DNA from: Octopus sinensis
Taxonomy: Eukaryota
Direction of reading: 5' to 3'
DNA length: 64,000 nucleotides
NCBI RefSeq assembly: GCF_006345805.1
Contig: NC_042997.1
Coordinates: 186,558,001-186,622,000, forward strand
Position numbers and translations under genes: made by a program
Shown: positions 13,470 through 25,150 of the stretch, piece by piece
Position numbering within the stretch: position 1 is the stretch's first letter
How the letters are laid out: each line of letters begins with the position of its first letter
Notes under the pieces: generated by a model
Databases searched by the model: none
What the model was told of the DNA's origin: nothing
The model's input: the letters and a program-made list of their open reading frames with translations, nothing else

Positions 13470-13760
13470 ATGTATACATGTATATGTTTGGGTGTCTGGG
13501 TTTCTCCCACCATCGCCTGACTACTGATGTTGGCATGTTTACATTCCTGTAACTTAGTGGTTCGGCAATAGAGACTCATAGAATAAGTATTAGACATACA
13601 GAGAATAAGTCCTGGGGTTGATTTGTTCAACGAAAGGCAATGCTCCAGCATGGCTACAGTCAAATAACTGAACCAAATAAAAGAGTAAAAGAATATATAC
13701 TCTTTTACTCTTTTACTTGTTTCAGTCATTTGACTGTGGCCATACTGGAGCCCCACCTTC
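13470..13760. mobile_element. Two SINE family A 3' ends, tail to tail (+ 13470-13692; - 13699-13760)
   Basis: AAAGAGTAAAAGAA followed by CTCTTTTACTCTTTTACTTGTTTCAGTC. Confidence 0.8.
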
Positions 13761-13800
13761 ATTATACATATATATACACACAGACATAGACATAAACATA

Positions 13801-13834
<34 letters not shown>

Positions 13835-13853
13835 GATATATATATACGTATAT

Positions 13854-13947
<94 letters not shown>

Positions 13948-15917
13948 CATTTTTTCCATGTTAAATGTCAAATTGCTTTTGGGAAATCTGGCAATTTCCA
14001 TATTCCTTGAAACAAGTCACAGATGAATGTTCTTCCTGCTAGATGCAACTTAATCCACAAAGCGAGAGCGGAATAAAGTCAGTGGTAACCATCTGTATTT
14101 CGGCTTACAAACACAATAGCTATATCAACGATTGGATTTAGATTTTTGCTTTAAATTTAACTTGTATTTACTCAGTAATCCACCACATTAACATCACAAC
14201 TACTGGAGCTTCTTTTGTTTGTTTTGTTTTTCATTTGTTCAAAGAGAGAAAGGCGGTGACAATTTGCATCCCAAAAATGTTTTCATTTCTATTATTTTTT
14301 TTCAAAAGAAATCATTTGGAATAATTTCTTCAGAATTGCGAACCTCATATGTATATCATCAGCTCAATGAAATAAAATCATTAAAAGTAATAATAATAAT
14401 AATCAATTCTGGTTTTATTGGCCACAAGGCTAACATAAATCAAAAACATGTAAGGACAAACACAGGACGAAGTAATAATAATAATAATCATAATAATAAT
14501 AATAATAGGAAGAGGACAATACAAATCATAATGATAACAATAATAAGAGTAGGAGGACAATACAAATAATAATAATAATAACCACTTCTTTATTGGCCAC
14601 AAGAGCCAAACACACAACAAATAGGCACAATACAAAACTGAGGATACTTGGAATTATTAAACAATAAAATAACAATGAGAATTAATAAATACTATTAAGC
14701 AAAAAAAATTCCCAAAGGCGGGGAGTTTCCTCACAAGGGCAACTGAGGAACCCTACACACCCTGGTTACCCTGACCACCAGATGAACCTCAGCAAGCACC
14801 TCCCTCCTCCTCAACTCCTCCAGTTTTCAAGTGGAAGTTCAGAGTAGGCCCATTTACATGGGCCATCCTTGCCACATTGACCTACCTTTCAGTAAAATTA
14901 CTGGGTGGGGAGCAGAACTTCCATCTCCACCCTCTCTTTTTTTTTTCAAGTGGAACTTGAAAAAGTCCGACTTTGTTGATAATCCATTAATTGTTTCAAG
15001 ATTTAGTCTTTCAAAATTTCTTAAGCGAATTATATATAGCATTCATATAAGAGAAGTGAAGAAAATGTTGACTGTTGATTATTCTAAATCTTAATTCTAT
15101 TTTGCAAATGAGTTTACTTTTGATTGCAAATATAAAACCGGAACATACAGGGGAAAATTAAAGGAAGAAAAGAAACTGATTAAGAAAGAAACAAACAAAA
15201 GTTACAACCATTATTTCTGATTATAAATTCCTTAAAGAATAAAACCAAAACCAAAATAACCAACAAAACAAAAATATTTCTTTACTTTAGTTTCTTCAGT
15301 CAAGACAAGACTAGTTTGTTGAGAAAGTCTGATTAACTGGATTATACTTTTGATAAATACAATCATGTGGAGAATTGCTTAGTAGGCAATTACATATCCA
15401 AACACCATCAAACATTAAATCATTGATGAATGATTTTGAGGAACCAGATTTCAGCTTTAGCTAATTCTTTCATGTCACAGTTTGCTCGGTTTTGTAAAAC
15501 CTGAATCGCAAAATGTTAAAGAATATAAAACAAGTATTTAGTTTCTATGGAAACAAACAAATCCCATCAATGAGTAGATATTCTAGAACAAGGAACCGTT
15601 GCACAATCTACAAGATAAGGTATTAATTAAGTTGTGAAACACAGGAAAATGAATTTAAGTCTTCTTGTTAAACGAGATCTCACGAAACTCGTTTATCTGT
15701 AACAAATTGATGTCAAACTGTGATGAGGGACCAGGATTTATAGGGAAAGATTTATGTAATGGATTTATATTTAATTTTAAATAAAAACTGAAATTAGTAT
15801 TTAAAATTAATGAGTGGTTTTTCAATCTATTTTGAGAATCAAGAACAAAGCCAATTTTTTTCCCAATGATAATTCTAATCAATGAAATCAATTAATCATA
15901 ATTTTTTATCTTTTCAG

Positions 15918-16015
15918 AGAAGAAAATGTGGTTGGATTATTAATAGAGCTTTGCACTAAATGCTTTACAGTTGCCTACATCAGCATTTCAGCATTCTCAG
16001 TCTGGAACCAACAAG
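15918..16015 (+). other. Candidate exon (98 nt), unverified
   Basis: TTTTTTATCTTTTCAG acceptor and CAAG|GTATTT donor; open frame EENVVGLLIELCTKCFTVAYISISAFSVWNQQ; no recognisable homology. Confidence 0.2.
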
Positions 16016-16260
16016 GTATTTCTCCCTTCCAGTACAAATAGTGGCAAAAAGAAAATAATTATTTTCAAATCTCAGAACCAGAAGTAAAAATCCAATTTCT
16101 ACCCCACCCAGCTCATTCTCACTTCACCCTATTTAACTACATGTGCTGGTGCTCCATCAGATACAATGACAAATGTGCCAGTTTATTTCATCAACAGCCA
16201 CCTCATGAAATTAAAATGCAAGGAGCTGAGCACTCTACAAACATGTGTACCCTTAATATA

Positions 16261-16850
16261 TTGGGTTGTCTGGAAAGTTCATGCCGATTTCTAAAGGAAA
16301 GATAAAGGTCAATAAATACTTGCCATTACATTTTTAATCAACCAAATATGAACCATTTTGTTGCACAATGTGTCTCCATCTTTCCTTTAATTTGAAAATA
16401 CCCTCTTCCCAGAATTGAGGTGGTTTCATGGCAAAGAATTCATCATGGTATCTTTTTATGTCATCATCATCATCATCATCATCATCATTTAGCGTCCATT
16501 TAAGGAATTGAAATTTTTTACCATTAAGACTATTCTGCAGAGACCAGAATAAGTGGAAATCGGAAGGAGCAATATCTGGTGAATATGGAGGGTGGAGTAA
16601 CACATCCCAGCCGAACTGCAGCAATTTTTGTTTGGTTCCCAAAGTATCAAGTGCCGAAAATGAACTTTCTTATCTTCCATTTTAAAGGGTTACAGAATTA
16701 ACACAGGTTACAGGAACATAAACCTTCTTCCACGAAAAGATAGCTTAAACTGTGCTCTAAATAGAGGTGTAGTCAAATCCTATTTTATGGACTCAACCAT
16801 GTTCTAAAATAAGCTACTATAAATCGGCATGAACTTTCTGGATAACCCAA
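16261..16850 (-). mobile_element. Internally deleted mariner (DD34D-type) element, 590 bp
   Basis: 30-bp TIRs TTGGGTTGTCTGGAAAGTTCATGCCGATTT / AAATCGGCATGAACTTTCTGGATAACCCAA (3 mismatches), TA on both flanks; C-terminal motif HPPYSPDIAPSDFHLF...WEEGIFKLKERWRHIVQQNGSY. Confidence 0.93.
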
Positions 16851-16884
16851 TAGTTCTCAGAGAGATTCAGCATGATACAGAATG

Positions 16885-17075
16885 CAAAATGGCTGGCCCT
16901 TTGAATTACAGGTACAACTTATTTTTACCAACTGAGTGGACCGGAACAACATGAAATAAAGAGTCTTGCTCAAGGATACATTGCACTGCCAGGAATTGAA
17001 ATCACAACCTTATGATCATAAGCTGAATAACCTAAATACCCTAACCACTTAGCCAGCTGCCTTCCAATACAGATG
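16885..17075 (-). mobile_element. SINE family D (tRNA head plus CORE-like domain), diverged
   Basis: TGAAATAAAGAGTCTTGCTCAAGGATACA...CCAGGAATTGAAATCAC...AACCACTTAGCC, shared with copies at 23.0, 23.6, 39.7, 40.0 and 52.0 kb. Confidence 0.75.
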
Positions 17076-17105
17076 GATAAGAGAAGAAAATCGTTTCAAC
17101 GTAAT

Positions 17106-17150
17106 TATTATTATTCAGATCACAGACTGGAATCAAACTCGGAATATTAA
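17106..17150 (-). mobile_element. Inverted fragment of the family E tRNA-like head
   Basis: Reverse complement AATATTCCGAGTTTGATTCCAGTCTGTGATCTGAATAATAAT matches the head and (TAA)n at 53715-53760 and 53888-53930. Confidence 0.7.
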
Positions 17151-17175
17151 TAATAATAATAATAATAATAATAAT

Positions 17176-17518
17176 GATGATGTTTCTCGAAAAGAAATGG
17201 AGAAACTTTCAAAATACAAAGACCTGGAAATAGAGGTAACTCGAATGTGGAATCTGAAAACAGAAACAATTCCTATTATAGTAGGCACATTAGGTATGAA
17301 AAAAAAATATTCAGACAAATACATAACAAAAACACCAGGATTTTTAAATATATATACATACAGAAAATTGCACTACTGGGCTCTGTACACATCCTACGTA
17401 AAACACTTTCGATACAGTAACCATAAGAGCATCACAGCAAACCACAGCACATACCCAAGGCTCATAGAGCTGCACTGGGTAGTGAAGTGAAAGTAAACAA
17501 TAAAAATAAAACTACTGA
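17176..17518 (+). mobile_element. 3' fragment of an RLE-endonuclease non-LTR retrotransposon (R4/Dong-like)
   Basis: EKLSKYKDLEIEVTRMWNLKTETIPIIVGTLG fits the RLE C-terminal K..KY..L..E...W...PI.VG.LG pattern; (TAA)n on both sides. Confidence 0.8.
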
Positions 17519-17554
<36 letters not shown>

Positions 17555-17749
17555 TGGGCCCCACCTGCAAGGTCATGCGCTGTTTATCTTGATATGAGAT
17601 CACCATGTCGCGCACATATGGTTGTGATGCATGTGCCTGGTGTACCTTTATCAGACGGGTAGTCATGATGGGTATATTGGGCTTCGTATATTTTACCCCA
17701 GTGTCACTTTGATGGCATGAACTGCTCTCTCACTCAATAATAATAATAA

Positions 17750-17930
17750 TTACATTGAAAAATACCTTAGGAATGAGAACCCAGGTTCGAAATTTCCCCA
17801 AGACACCTGAAGAAGGCTGGAGGGTATATCAGCCGAAACGTTGTGTTAACAACAAACAAGATGAGGACAAATATCCATCGAATCTAAATAATGTACATAA
17901 TTCCTTATCCCTTGAATATAGAACTGTATC
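17750..17930 (+). mobile_element. Family E body (hammerhead-carrying short retroelement)
   Basis: AAAAATACCTTAGGAATGAGAACCCAGGTTCGAAATTTCCCCAAGACACCTGA...GTAAATAATGTA also at 22750, 53535 (-) and 54003. Confidence 0.85.
17803..17846 (+). ncRNA. Minimal type I hammerhead ribozyme motif (best-preserved family E copy)
   Basis: ACAC-CUGAAGA-A-GGCUG-[GAGGGUAUAU]-CAGCC-GAA-AC/GU-U-GUGU: stem I ACAC/GUGU, stem II GGCUG/CAGCC, loopless palindromic stem III, GUU cleavage triplet. Confidence 0.72.
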
Positions 17931-18249
17931 ACTGCTTTATGTCCACAGATATCCCTTCCACCCTTCTTTAGATATCATGTAACCCCTCAAGAAAAACAAA
18001 TCACAAAAATAAAAGAGAGTTAAATAAAGCGAGAGGGGAGGTAAACAACTGCCCAAAACAAAACAATGTGGGGTGGGGGAGCTAAGTTGTGTTAGTAGAG
18101 GAATCAAAAATCAATCGGAACCATTCATTGTTATTGATATTCTTCTTACTTTACAATAAGTATAGCTTTATTGATCTATATATTTCGTATTCTTATACTG
18201 GTTTAAATTTTTTGATATTTTGTTAAATATTTTTTTATATTTTCATCTA

Positions 18250-18915
18250 TTTACTATTTTAATATTTTCTCTCTCCTTTAACCCTCTCTCATTCCCCTCT
18301 CTTTCTCCTTCTTTCTCCCTCTCTCTCTTCTCTCCCCTCTCACTCCCCCTCTTTCTCCTTGTTTCTCTCTCCCTCTCTTTCTCCCTCTCGCTCCCCCTCT
18401 CCTATCACTCTCTCTCTTCCTTTCCCATCACTCTCTCTCTCCCCATCCTATCGCTCTTTCTCTCTCTTTCCTATCACTCTCTCTCTCCCCATCCTATCGC
18501 TCTTTCTCTCTCTTTCCTATCACTCTCTCTCCAATCACTTTCTCTCTTTCCCTCTCATGTCACTCTCTTTCCCCCTCCTATCACTCTCTCTTCCCTCTCC
18601 TCTCACTCTCCCTCCCCTCTCACTCACCCTCTTTCTCCCTGTTTCTCTCTCTCCTCCCTCTCCCTCTCTCTCTTCCTCTCTCCCCTCTCATTCCCCCTCT
18701 TTCTCCCTGTTTCTCTCTCCCTCTCCCTTCTCTTTCTCTGTCTCTCTCTCCCTCTCCTATCACTCTCTTCCCTCTCCTCTCACCCTCTCTTCCCTCTCCT
18801 CTCACCCTCTCTACCCTCTCCTCTCACATTCTCTCCTCTCTCGTTCCCCTCTTTCTCCCTGTTTCTCTCTCCCTCTCTCTCTCCTCTTTCCCCTCTCTCT
18901 CCCCTCTCCTTTCTA
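18250..18915. repeat. (CT)-rich polypyrimidine minisatellite
   Basis: Direct reading; recurring CCTATCACTCTCTC and CTTTCTCCCTGTTTCTCTC units. Confidence 0.9.
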
Positions 18916-19224
18916 CTGACCAACTTTTAAGCCAGCCCCTACCCATTCCATTCCAGCTGATAAGCCCAAAATTCCCCTCTCTCACCCACCCCAGAACTAT
19001 TGACCAGCTCCTAAGTACAGCATTCCTGCCCTACACATACACACCACCACCAATACCCCAATCACTACAAGTCAGCTCTCACCCCTAACCCATCTATCTC
19101 CCTGAACTAGTGACCAGTTATCAAGTAATCTCCTGACCCCTTAGCCTCTTGCAATATACTAACCAACTACCAGCCCCAGTCCATGGTACTATTTGGCCAG
19201 CTTATAAGGCAACCAGCCCCACTA

Positions 19225-19660
19225 GCTTCCTTTCTCTCCTCTTTTCCTCCCCACATCCCTTTCTATCTGTCTCTCTCTCTCTCCCTCTCTATCCCCACCT
19301 CCCTTTCTGTCTCTCTCTTTCTCCCTCTCTATCCCCACCTCCCTTTCTATCTGTCTGTCTCTCTCCCTCTCTCTCCCCACCTCTCTTTCTGTCTGTCTCT
19401 CTCTCCCCCTCTCTCTCTACCTCCCTTTCTGTCTGTCTGTCTGTCTCTCCTTCTCTCTCCCCACCTCCCTTTCTGTCTGTCTCTCTCTCTCCATCTCTAT
19501 CCCCACCTCCCTTTCTGTTTGTCTCTCTCTCTCCTTCTCTCTCCCCACTTACTTTTCTGTCTGTCTCTCCCTCTCCCTATCTATCCTCACTTACCTTTTG
19601 TGTCTGTCTCTCTCTCCCTCACTCTCCCTCTTTCTCTTCCTCACTCTCCCTCCTGCTGCT
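19225..19660. repeat. (CT)-rich minisatellite, unit about CCCCACCTCCCTTTCTGTCTGTCTCTCTCTC
   Basis: Direct reading, about 8 units. Confidence 0.85.
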
Positions 19661-19879
19661 TCCATTTTTGTTGCTTCATCAATAAGATGGAATTATTTTC
19701 AAATGGGAAGTTCTGGATATGTATGTATGTGCGTGTTTGTGTACATGTGTGTGTGTTTTATTTGCATGCCCAACCACAATCTCCTCCCCATCTGCCATCA
19801 CCCCATCCGTACAAAATATAGCAGGAAAGGAGGGAAATGCTCATGGGAGGAGGTAAGTCATATCGGCTTATTGATGGTG

Positions 19880-19937
19880 ATGCTGATATTGATAATTGTC
19901 TTGCTGCTGCTGCTGCTACTATTACTACTACTACTAC

Positions 19938-19969
<32 letters not shown>

Positions 19970-19970
19970 T

Positions 19971-20008
<38 letters not shown>

Positions 20009-20046
20009 ATGATGATGATGACGACGACGACGATGACGACGACGAC

Positions 20047-20077
<31 letters not shown>

Positions 20078-20112
20078 ATGATGATGATGATGAAGATTAT
20101 GGTGGTGGTGGT
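19880..20112. repeat. (GAT/GAC)n microsatellite
   Basis: Direct reading. Confidence 0.95.
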
Positions 20113-20461
20113 GACAGCATGTGACATGGGTGGTGGATTTCTTGTCGAAAATCCAAGCGGAGTTGAGGAGAAACAAGGCAAAAACAATCTCAGATTTTTC
20201 GTAACAGCGAAAGATAGAAGGTGAGAGAGAAAAAGAGAAAGAATGAGAAAGAAAAATATAGAAAATAGCAATGATCTACCACAATCTCGACTCATCTCTG
20301 AACCCTTTCTTTCACAAACAGTTTCTCTTTCTCTCTCCCTCTCCCTTTCTTTCTCCTCTCTATCTATATACTTATCTACCTATCTATCTATCTGTTTGTC
20401 AATCTCTCTCTCCTCCAAGCCTCTTGGATATGATGCCAGTTTACTATGTTAATCTGCCCAT

Positions 20462-21205
20462 GGGATCTTTTCTGTTTTTCTGCACTTTTTGAAATTTCAA
20501 AATTAAGCTAAAGTTTTCAAATTTGGTGTATCGATGTAATTTTCCATGCTAGATCTCAGGAGATAACTCACTTGTTCAAAAAAAATTTTTTGAAAACGTT
20601 ACAGAGGTTTAAAGTTTGATCATTTTTACCCAATCAAAAAACAGGACTTAGAAGCAGTCATTTTGTGCGTCACTGCATTGCAACTATAACACGTTTTAAT
20701 ACCAAACTAAACAAATGAAATATCGGTGGAATTCTGTTTTATGCATGCCATATAAACCCTTGTAACTTTTTTATTTTTTAGAATTTTCAGAAAATTTTTG
20801 CAAACTTGAATTCTACACATGAGAATTCATACAATTATGCAAAAGCCAAAACAAAATAATTTGATGCATGATTTAAGGCTTATTTAGCTGTTATTTTTAG
20901 CAAATCTCACGACCACCTCATACCTCATGAGTTTTAAGCATTTAATAAGTGACAAAAAGAACACATTGTAAGCAGCTTGGTAACAGCTTGGCTTGTTATT
21001 ATGGAAACAGACACCTATATGTCTGTGGCTTTTGACAGGCTAAAATTAGCCAAAATTTGCAAACTTTAATAGCTATTAACTCTTTATTTATTGAGTTATA
21101 TCAAAAATGAATTTCATGTCAAAACTTCATCAATACACGAAATATGAAATCAATTGAAACGAAGTTGAGGATATTAAAAAGTGGTGGCCATACAGAAAAG
21201 ATCCC
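20462..21205. mobile_element. Non-autonomous DNA transposon (744 bp) with 14-bp perfect TIRs
   Basis: GGGATCTTTTCTGT at 20462-20475 and ACAGAAAAGATCCC at 21192-21205; AT-rich non-coding interior. Confidence 0.7.
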
Positions 21206-21214
21206 TCCCATGTA

Positions 21215-21450
21215 ATCTGGAACTTGTTGTTAAGGATGCATGCTGTGCAGTGACATGAAAAAAGCATCCAGTATGTGCTGTAAATTAGATGGCATTAAGA
21301 AGGGTATCAAGCAGTAGAAATCATACCAAAGGAGTCACTGGAGCACAAAAGCAGTCCTTGGACCCATCGGATCTTGTCAAACCACCCAGTCCATGTTAGA
21401 ATGGAACAAAGAACATAAAATGATAAAGATGATGATGATGATGATGATGA
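21215..21450 (+). mobile_element. Family C retroposon, diverged
   Basis: GGCATTAAGAAGGGTATCAAGCAGTAGAAA...CCATGTTAGAATGGAAC..., (GAT)n tail. Confidence 0.6.
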
Positions 21451-21795
21451 TGAAGACGACGACAACAACGATGATGATGATGTCAATGACGATGATGATG
21501 ATGGTTACAGTCCAAGAGGGTTACAATACAGACAATAGCATAAAATGTGACAGAAAAGAGGTATGCAGGAATCATGACCGGGACACAGACCCATCAAGTT
21601 CAGGACTAAAGTACTAACATGAAGCAGGATTCTTCTCTAAGGCTTTCTGGTGTTTAGCCCTCCCTTTGGGTTTCTTCCTATTTGTTACACTTAGAAACCG
21701 AACACAACACCTACATCTGATTGCAAGTCATAATACACAGGTAGACATCAAAAGACATACTTTGCCTATTCAACTGTCTCATACTTATAACTCTA

Positions 21796-22171
21796 CAGGG
21801 TGATTCAAAAGTCTCCATACATAGGAAAATTTCTTTTTTTATATATAAGAAACAGTTTATAAAATCCCCTAGATCCCCTGATCTTGCCCCTCTTAATTTC
21901 TATCTTTGGGGGCATTTGAAAGGCACGGTGTATCGCAGAAAGATAAAAGACATAAATCATTTGAAGGAACACATCACCAACTCATTTACACACGTATCAC
22001 CATATGTGCTAATATGAGTTCTCAACGAGTGGGGTAAACGTATTGCAATGTGTATTCAAAGCGATGGTAACCATATAGAGCCTGTTAAATAAAAAAAAAA
22101 ACTGTTGTTATAAACTGTTTCTTATAAAAAGATAAATTGTTCCTATGTATGGCGACTTCTGAATCACCCTG
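21796..22171 (+). mobile_element. Tc1/mariner-superfamily deletion derivative (376 bp)
   Basis: ~60-bp TIRs starting CAGGGTGATTCAAAAGTC, TA on both flanks; interior reads PRSPDLAPLNFYLWGHLKGTVY...KRIAMCIQSDGNHIE. Confidence 0.92.
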
Positions 22172-22502
22172 TATAGTGTAAACTATAAATGGGAAAATTT
22201 GAAATGTTTTGCAAAAATATTATCTGCTTAAATAGACTTCTCAGTAACTTTTTTTTTTACAAGTTTTGTATTTTTATGTTTCCAACTGAGATATTTTTCT
22301 AAGTATATTACCAATATAGTTTTACCAATAAAGATTGATTGAGCAAGCACTGAAGATATAAGAGCAAAATAAAAACATTATAGGAAGACACAAAACAACA
22401 TTTTGGGAGCTGTATATATATCATCATAATCATCTTTTAACGTTTTCCACGCTTGAATGGGTTGGATGGTTCAACTGGGGTCTGGGAAGCCAGGAGGCTG
22501 CA

Positions 22503-22549
<47 letters not shown>

Positions 22550-22552
22550 ATT

Positions 22553-22750
22553 CGTTTATTTGTTTCAGTCATTTGACTGTGGCCATGCTGGAGCACCACC
22601 TTTGGTCAAACAAATCGACCCCAGGACTTATTTTTTGCCAGCCTAGTACTTATTCTATTGATCTCTTTTGCCAAACTGCTAAGTTATGGGGCTGTAAACA
22701 CACCAGCATCTGTTGTCAAGCGACGTTGGTGGGGACAAACACAGACACAG
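22553..22750 (-). mobile_element. SINE family A, 3' half
   Basis: Match to the family tail; truncated by a family E insertion. Confidence 0.85.
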
Positions 22751-22930
22751 TAATAATAATAACATCGAAAAATTACCTTAGGAATGAGAACCCAGGTTTG
22801 AAATTTCCCCAAGACACTTGATGAAGGCTGGGGGGTATATCAGCCGAAATGTTGTGTTAACAACAAACAAGTTGAGGACAAATATCTGGCAAATGTAAAT
22901 AATGTAAATAATGTAAATAATGTTCATAAC
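22751..22930 (+). mobile_element. Family E body with mutated hammerhead (22814-22857)
   Basis: ACAC-UUGAUGA-A-GGCUG...CAGCC-GAA-AU/GU-U-GUGU (C3U change; stem III C to U). Confidence 0.8.
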
Positions 22931-22934
22931 AGCA

Positions 22935-23758
22935 GGTTTCCTGGTTTTCATGGCAAATGAATTCCTGACATAGATGGGACACTGGTTCATCACAGCATTA
23001 CTCCTTTTTACTGGCTGAGTGGACTGGAGTAATGTGAAATGATGCTTTTTGCTCAAGGTCACAACACATCACCTGGTCCAGGAATTGAAACCGCAATCTT
23101 ATTTTCTCTTTTTTTTTTCTTTTACTTGTTTCAGTCATTTGACTGCAGCCATGCTGGAGCACCACCTTTAGTTGAGCAAATCAACTACAGAACTTATTCT
23201 TTGGAAGCCTAGTACTTATTCTATTGGTCTCTTTTGCCGAACTACTAAGTTACAGGGACGTCAACACACCAGCATCGGTTGTCAAGCGATGGTGGGGGGG
23301 GGGGACAAACACAGACACACAAACATATACACACACATACATATATATATATACATATATACGATGAGCTTCTTTCAGTTTCCATCTACCAAATCCACTC
23401 ACATGGCTTTGGTCGGCTCAAGGCTTTAGTTGAAGACATTTGCCCAAGGTGCCACGCAGTGGGACTGAACCCGAAACCATGTGGTTGGTAAGCAAGCTAC
23501 TTACCACACAGCCACTCCTATGCCTATGTAAATAATGTTCATAAGGGCAGGTTTCCTTGTTTCCATGGCAATTAAATTCCCGACATAGATGGGATGCTGG
23601 TTCATCACATCATCACTCATTTTTACCGCCTGAGTAGACTGGAGTAACATGAAATGTAGCTTTTTGCTCAAGATCACAACACATCACCTCATCCAGGAAT
23701 TGAAACCGTAATCTTATGATCATGAATCCAACACCCCAACCACTAAGCTACATGCCAC
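22935..23758 (-). mobile_element. Two family D copies (22935-23100, 23535-23758) flanking a full SINE A (23105-23525, -)
   Basis: GTAAATAATGTTCATAA..GCAGGTTTCC...CCAGGAATTGAAACCG.AATCTT present twice around the SINE A copy. Confidence 0.8.
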
Positions 23759-24513
23759 CACTTTCATACATATAACAAAACAGCAGCATCCTAGACATAT
23801 GTCAGCTGTACACCACTCTGGTCCTTAATCATGCCTTAAATAGAATCAGCAACTGATGCTGACAGTAAGATATTATGGCATTAAAGAAGAATCCTGCTTT
23901 TTGCTATACACATTCGACAACGGCATATCATTAGAGGTGCCATGAGAAATCAGCAGAAATCATGAAGTTTAGCAGATTTAGCAACACTGACGGTTCTTAA
24001 TTGTTTCTTGCTAAAGACAGAGAATTACGAGACTGTTTCTATGATGAATGCGTATAGAGAAAGTGAGTCTAGAGAGACCTGTTTAAAGAGACAAGGTTGT
24101 CATGTCCCCATTGTAGGTTGCTCTCAAGGTCTCTCCCTGTTCAGCGTCTTCTTTGACCGTCTTTGATTTACTATGTTTTTGTCATGTGGCATTGACATAT
24201 CAATCAAAATGCAAATTCTGATAGCCAAATTGGAAAGCTTAAGTTAGTCTGCAAATTATATTGTTGTCACTATTTCTGTATCCAATAGGACTATTGTCAT
24301 TTATTTACATGAGAGGATACCTACTCTCTCTTTCTCTCCCTCTCTCTCTCTCTCTCCCTCTCTCTCCCTCTTTCTACTTTCTTCTCCCTCTCTCTCTCAG
24401 CCTCTTACTTTCTCCTTCCTTCTCACTCTCTCCCTCACCATCTGAATATTTTCTTATATCAGTCTGAGCTGAGAACCTTATAGTCAACACACACATACAC
24501 ACACACACACACA

Positions 24514-24864
24514 TTCTTTTATTCTTTTACTCTTTTACTTGTTTCAATCATTTGACTGCAGCCATGCTGGAGCACCACCTTTAGTCGAACAAATCGACCC
24601 CAGAATTTATTCTTTGTAAGCCTAGTACTTATTCTATTGATCTCTTTTGCCGAACCACTAGCTACAGGGATGTAAACACACCAACATCGGTTGTCACGTG
24701 ATGGTGGCAGGGGGGGCACACACTGACATACACTCAAATACGCACACACACACATATTCAACGGGCTTCTTTCAGTTTCAGTCTACCAAATCCACTCCCA
24801 AGGCTTTGGCTGGCCCGATGCTATATATATATATTTTTTTTTTCCCAGATATATGATACACTGA

Positions 24865-24901
<37 letters not shown>

Positions 24902-25060
24902 ATAGGCTTCTTTCAGTTTCTATCTACCAAATCCACAAGGCTTTGGTCAGTCTGAAGTTATAGCAGAAGATACTTGCCCAAGGTGCCACACAGTGGGACT
25001 GAGCCTTGTACCATGTAGTTGGGAAGCAAGCTTCTTACCACACAACCATGCCTGCACTTG
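24514..25060 (-). mobile_element. SINE family A copies (24514-24822; 24901-25060)
   Basis: Match to family; middle segment duplicated around (TA)n. Confidence 0.8.
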
Positions 25061-25097
25061 TGCATGTATGTGTCTGTGTGTGTGTGTGTGTGTGCGC

Positions 25098-25150
<53 letters not shown>

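Noticed and set aside
14400-14830. Possible LINE 3' end sharing GTGG(C/G)CAATAAA with the SINE B tail
   Set aside because: Match is too short and no coding motif was seen to assign a partner LINE
24016-24061. 46-nt micro-exon candidate with AAA|GTGAGT donor (a similar 43-nt candidate lies at about 11234-11276)
   Set aside because: Such signals are expected by chance in 64 kb, and the candidates cannot be chained into a coherent protein
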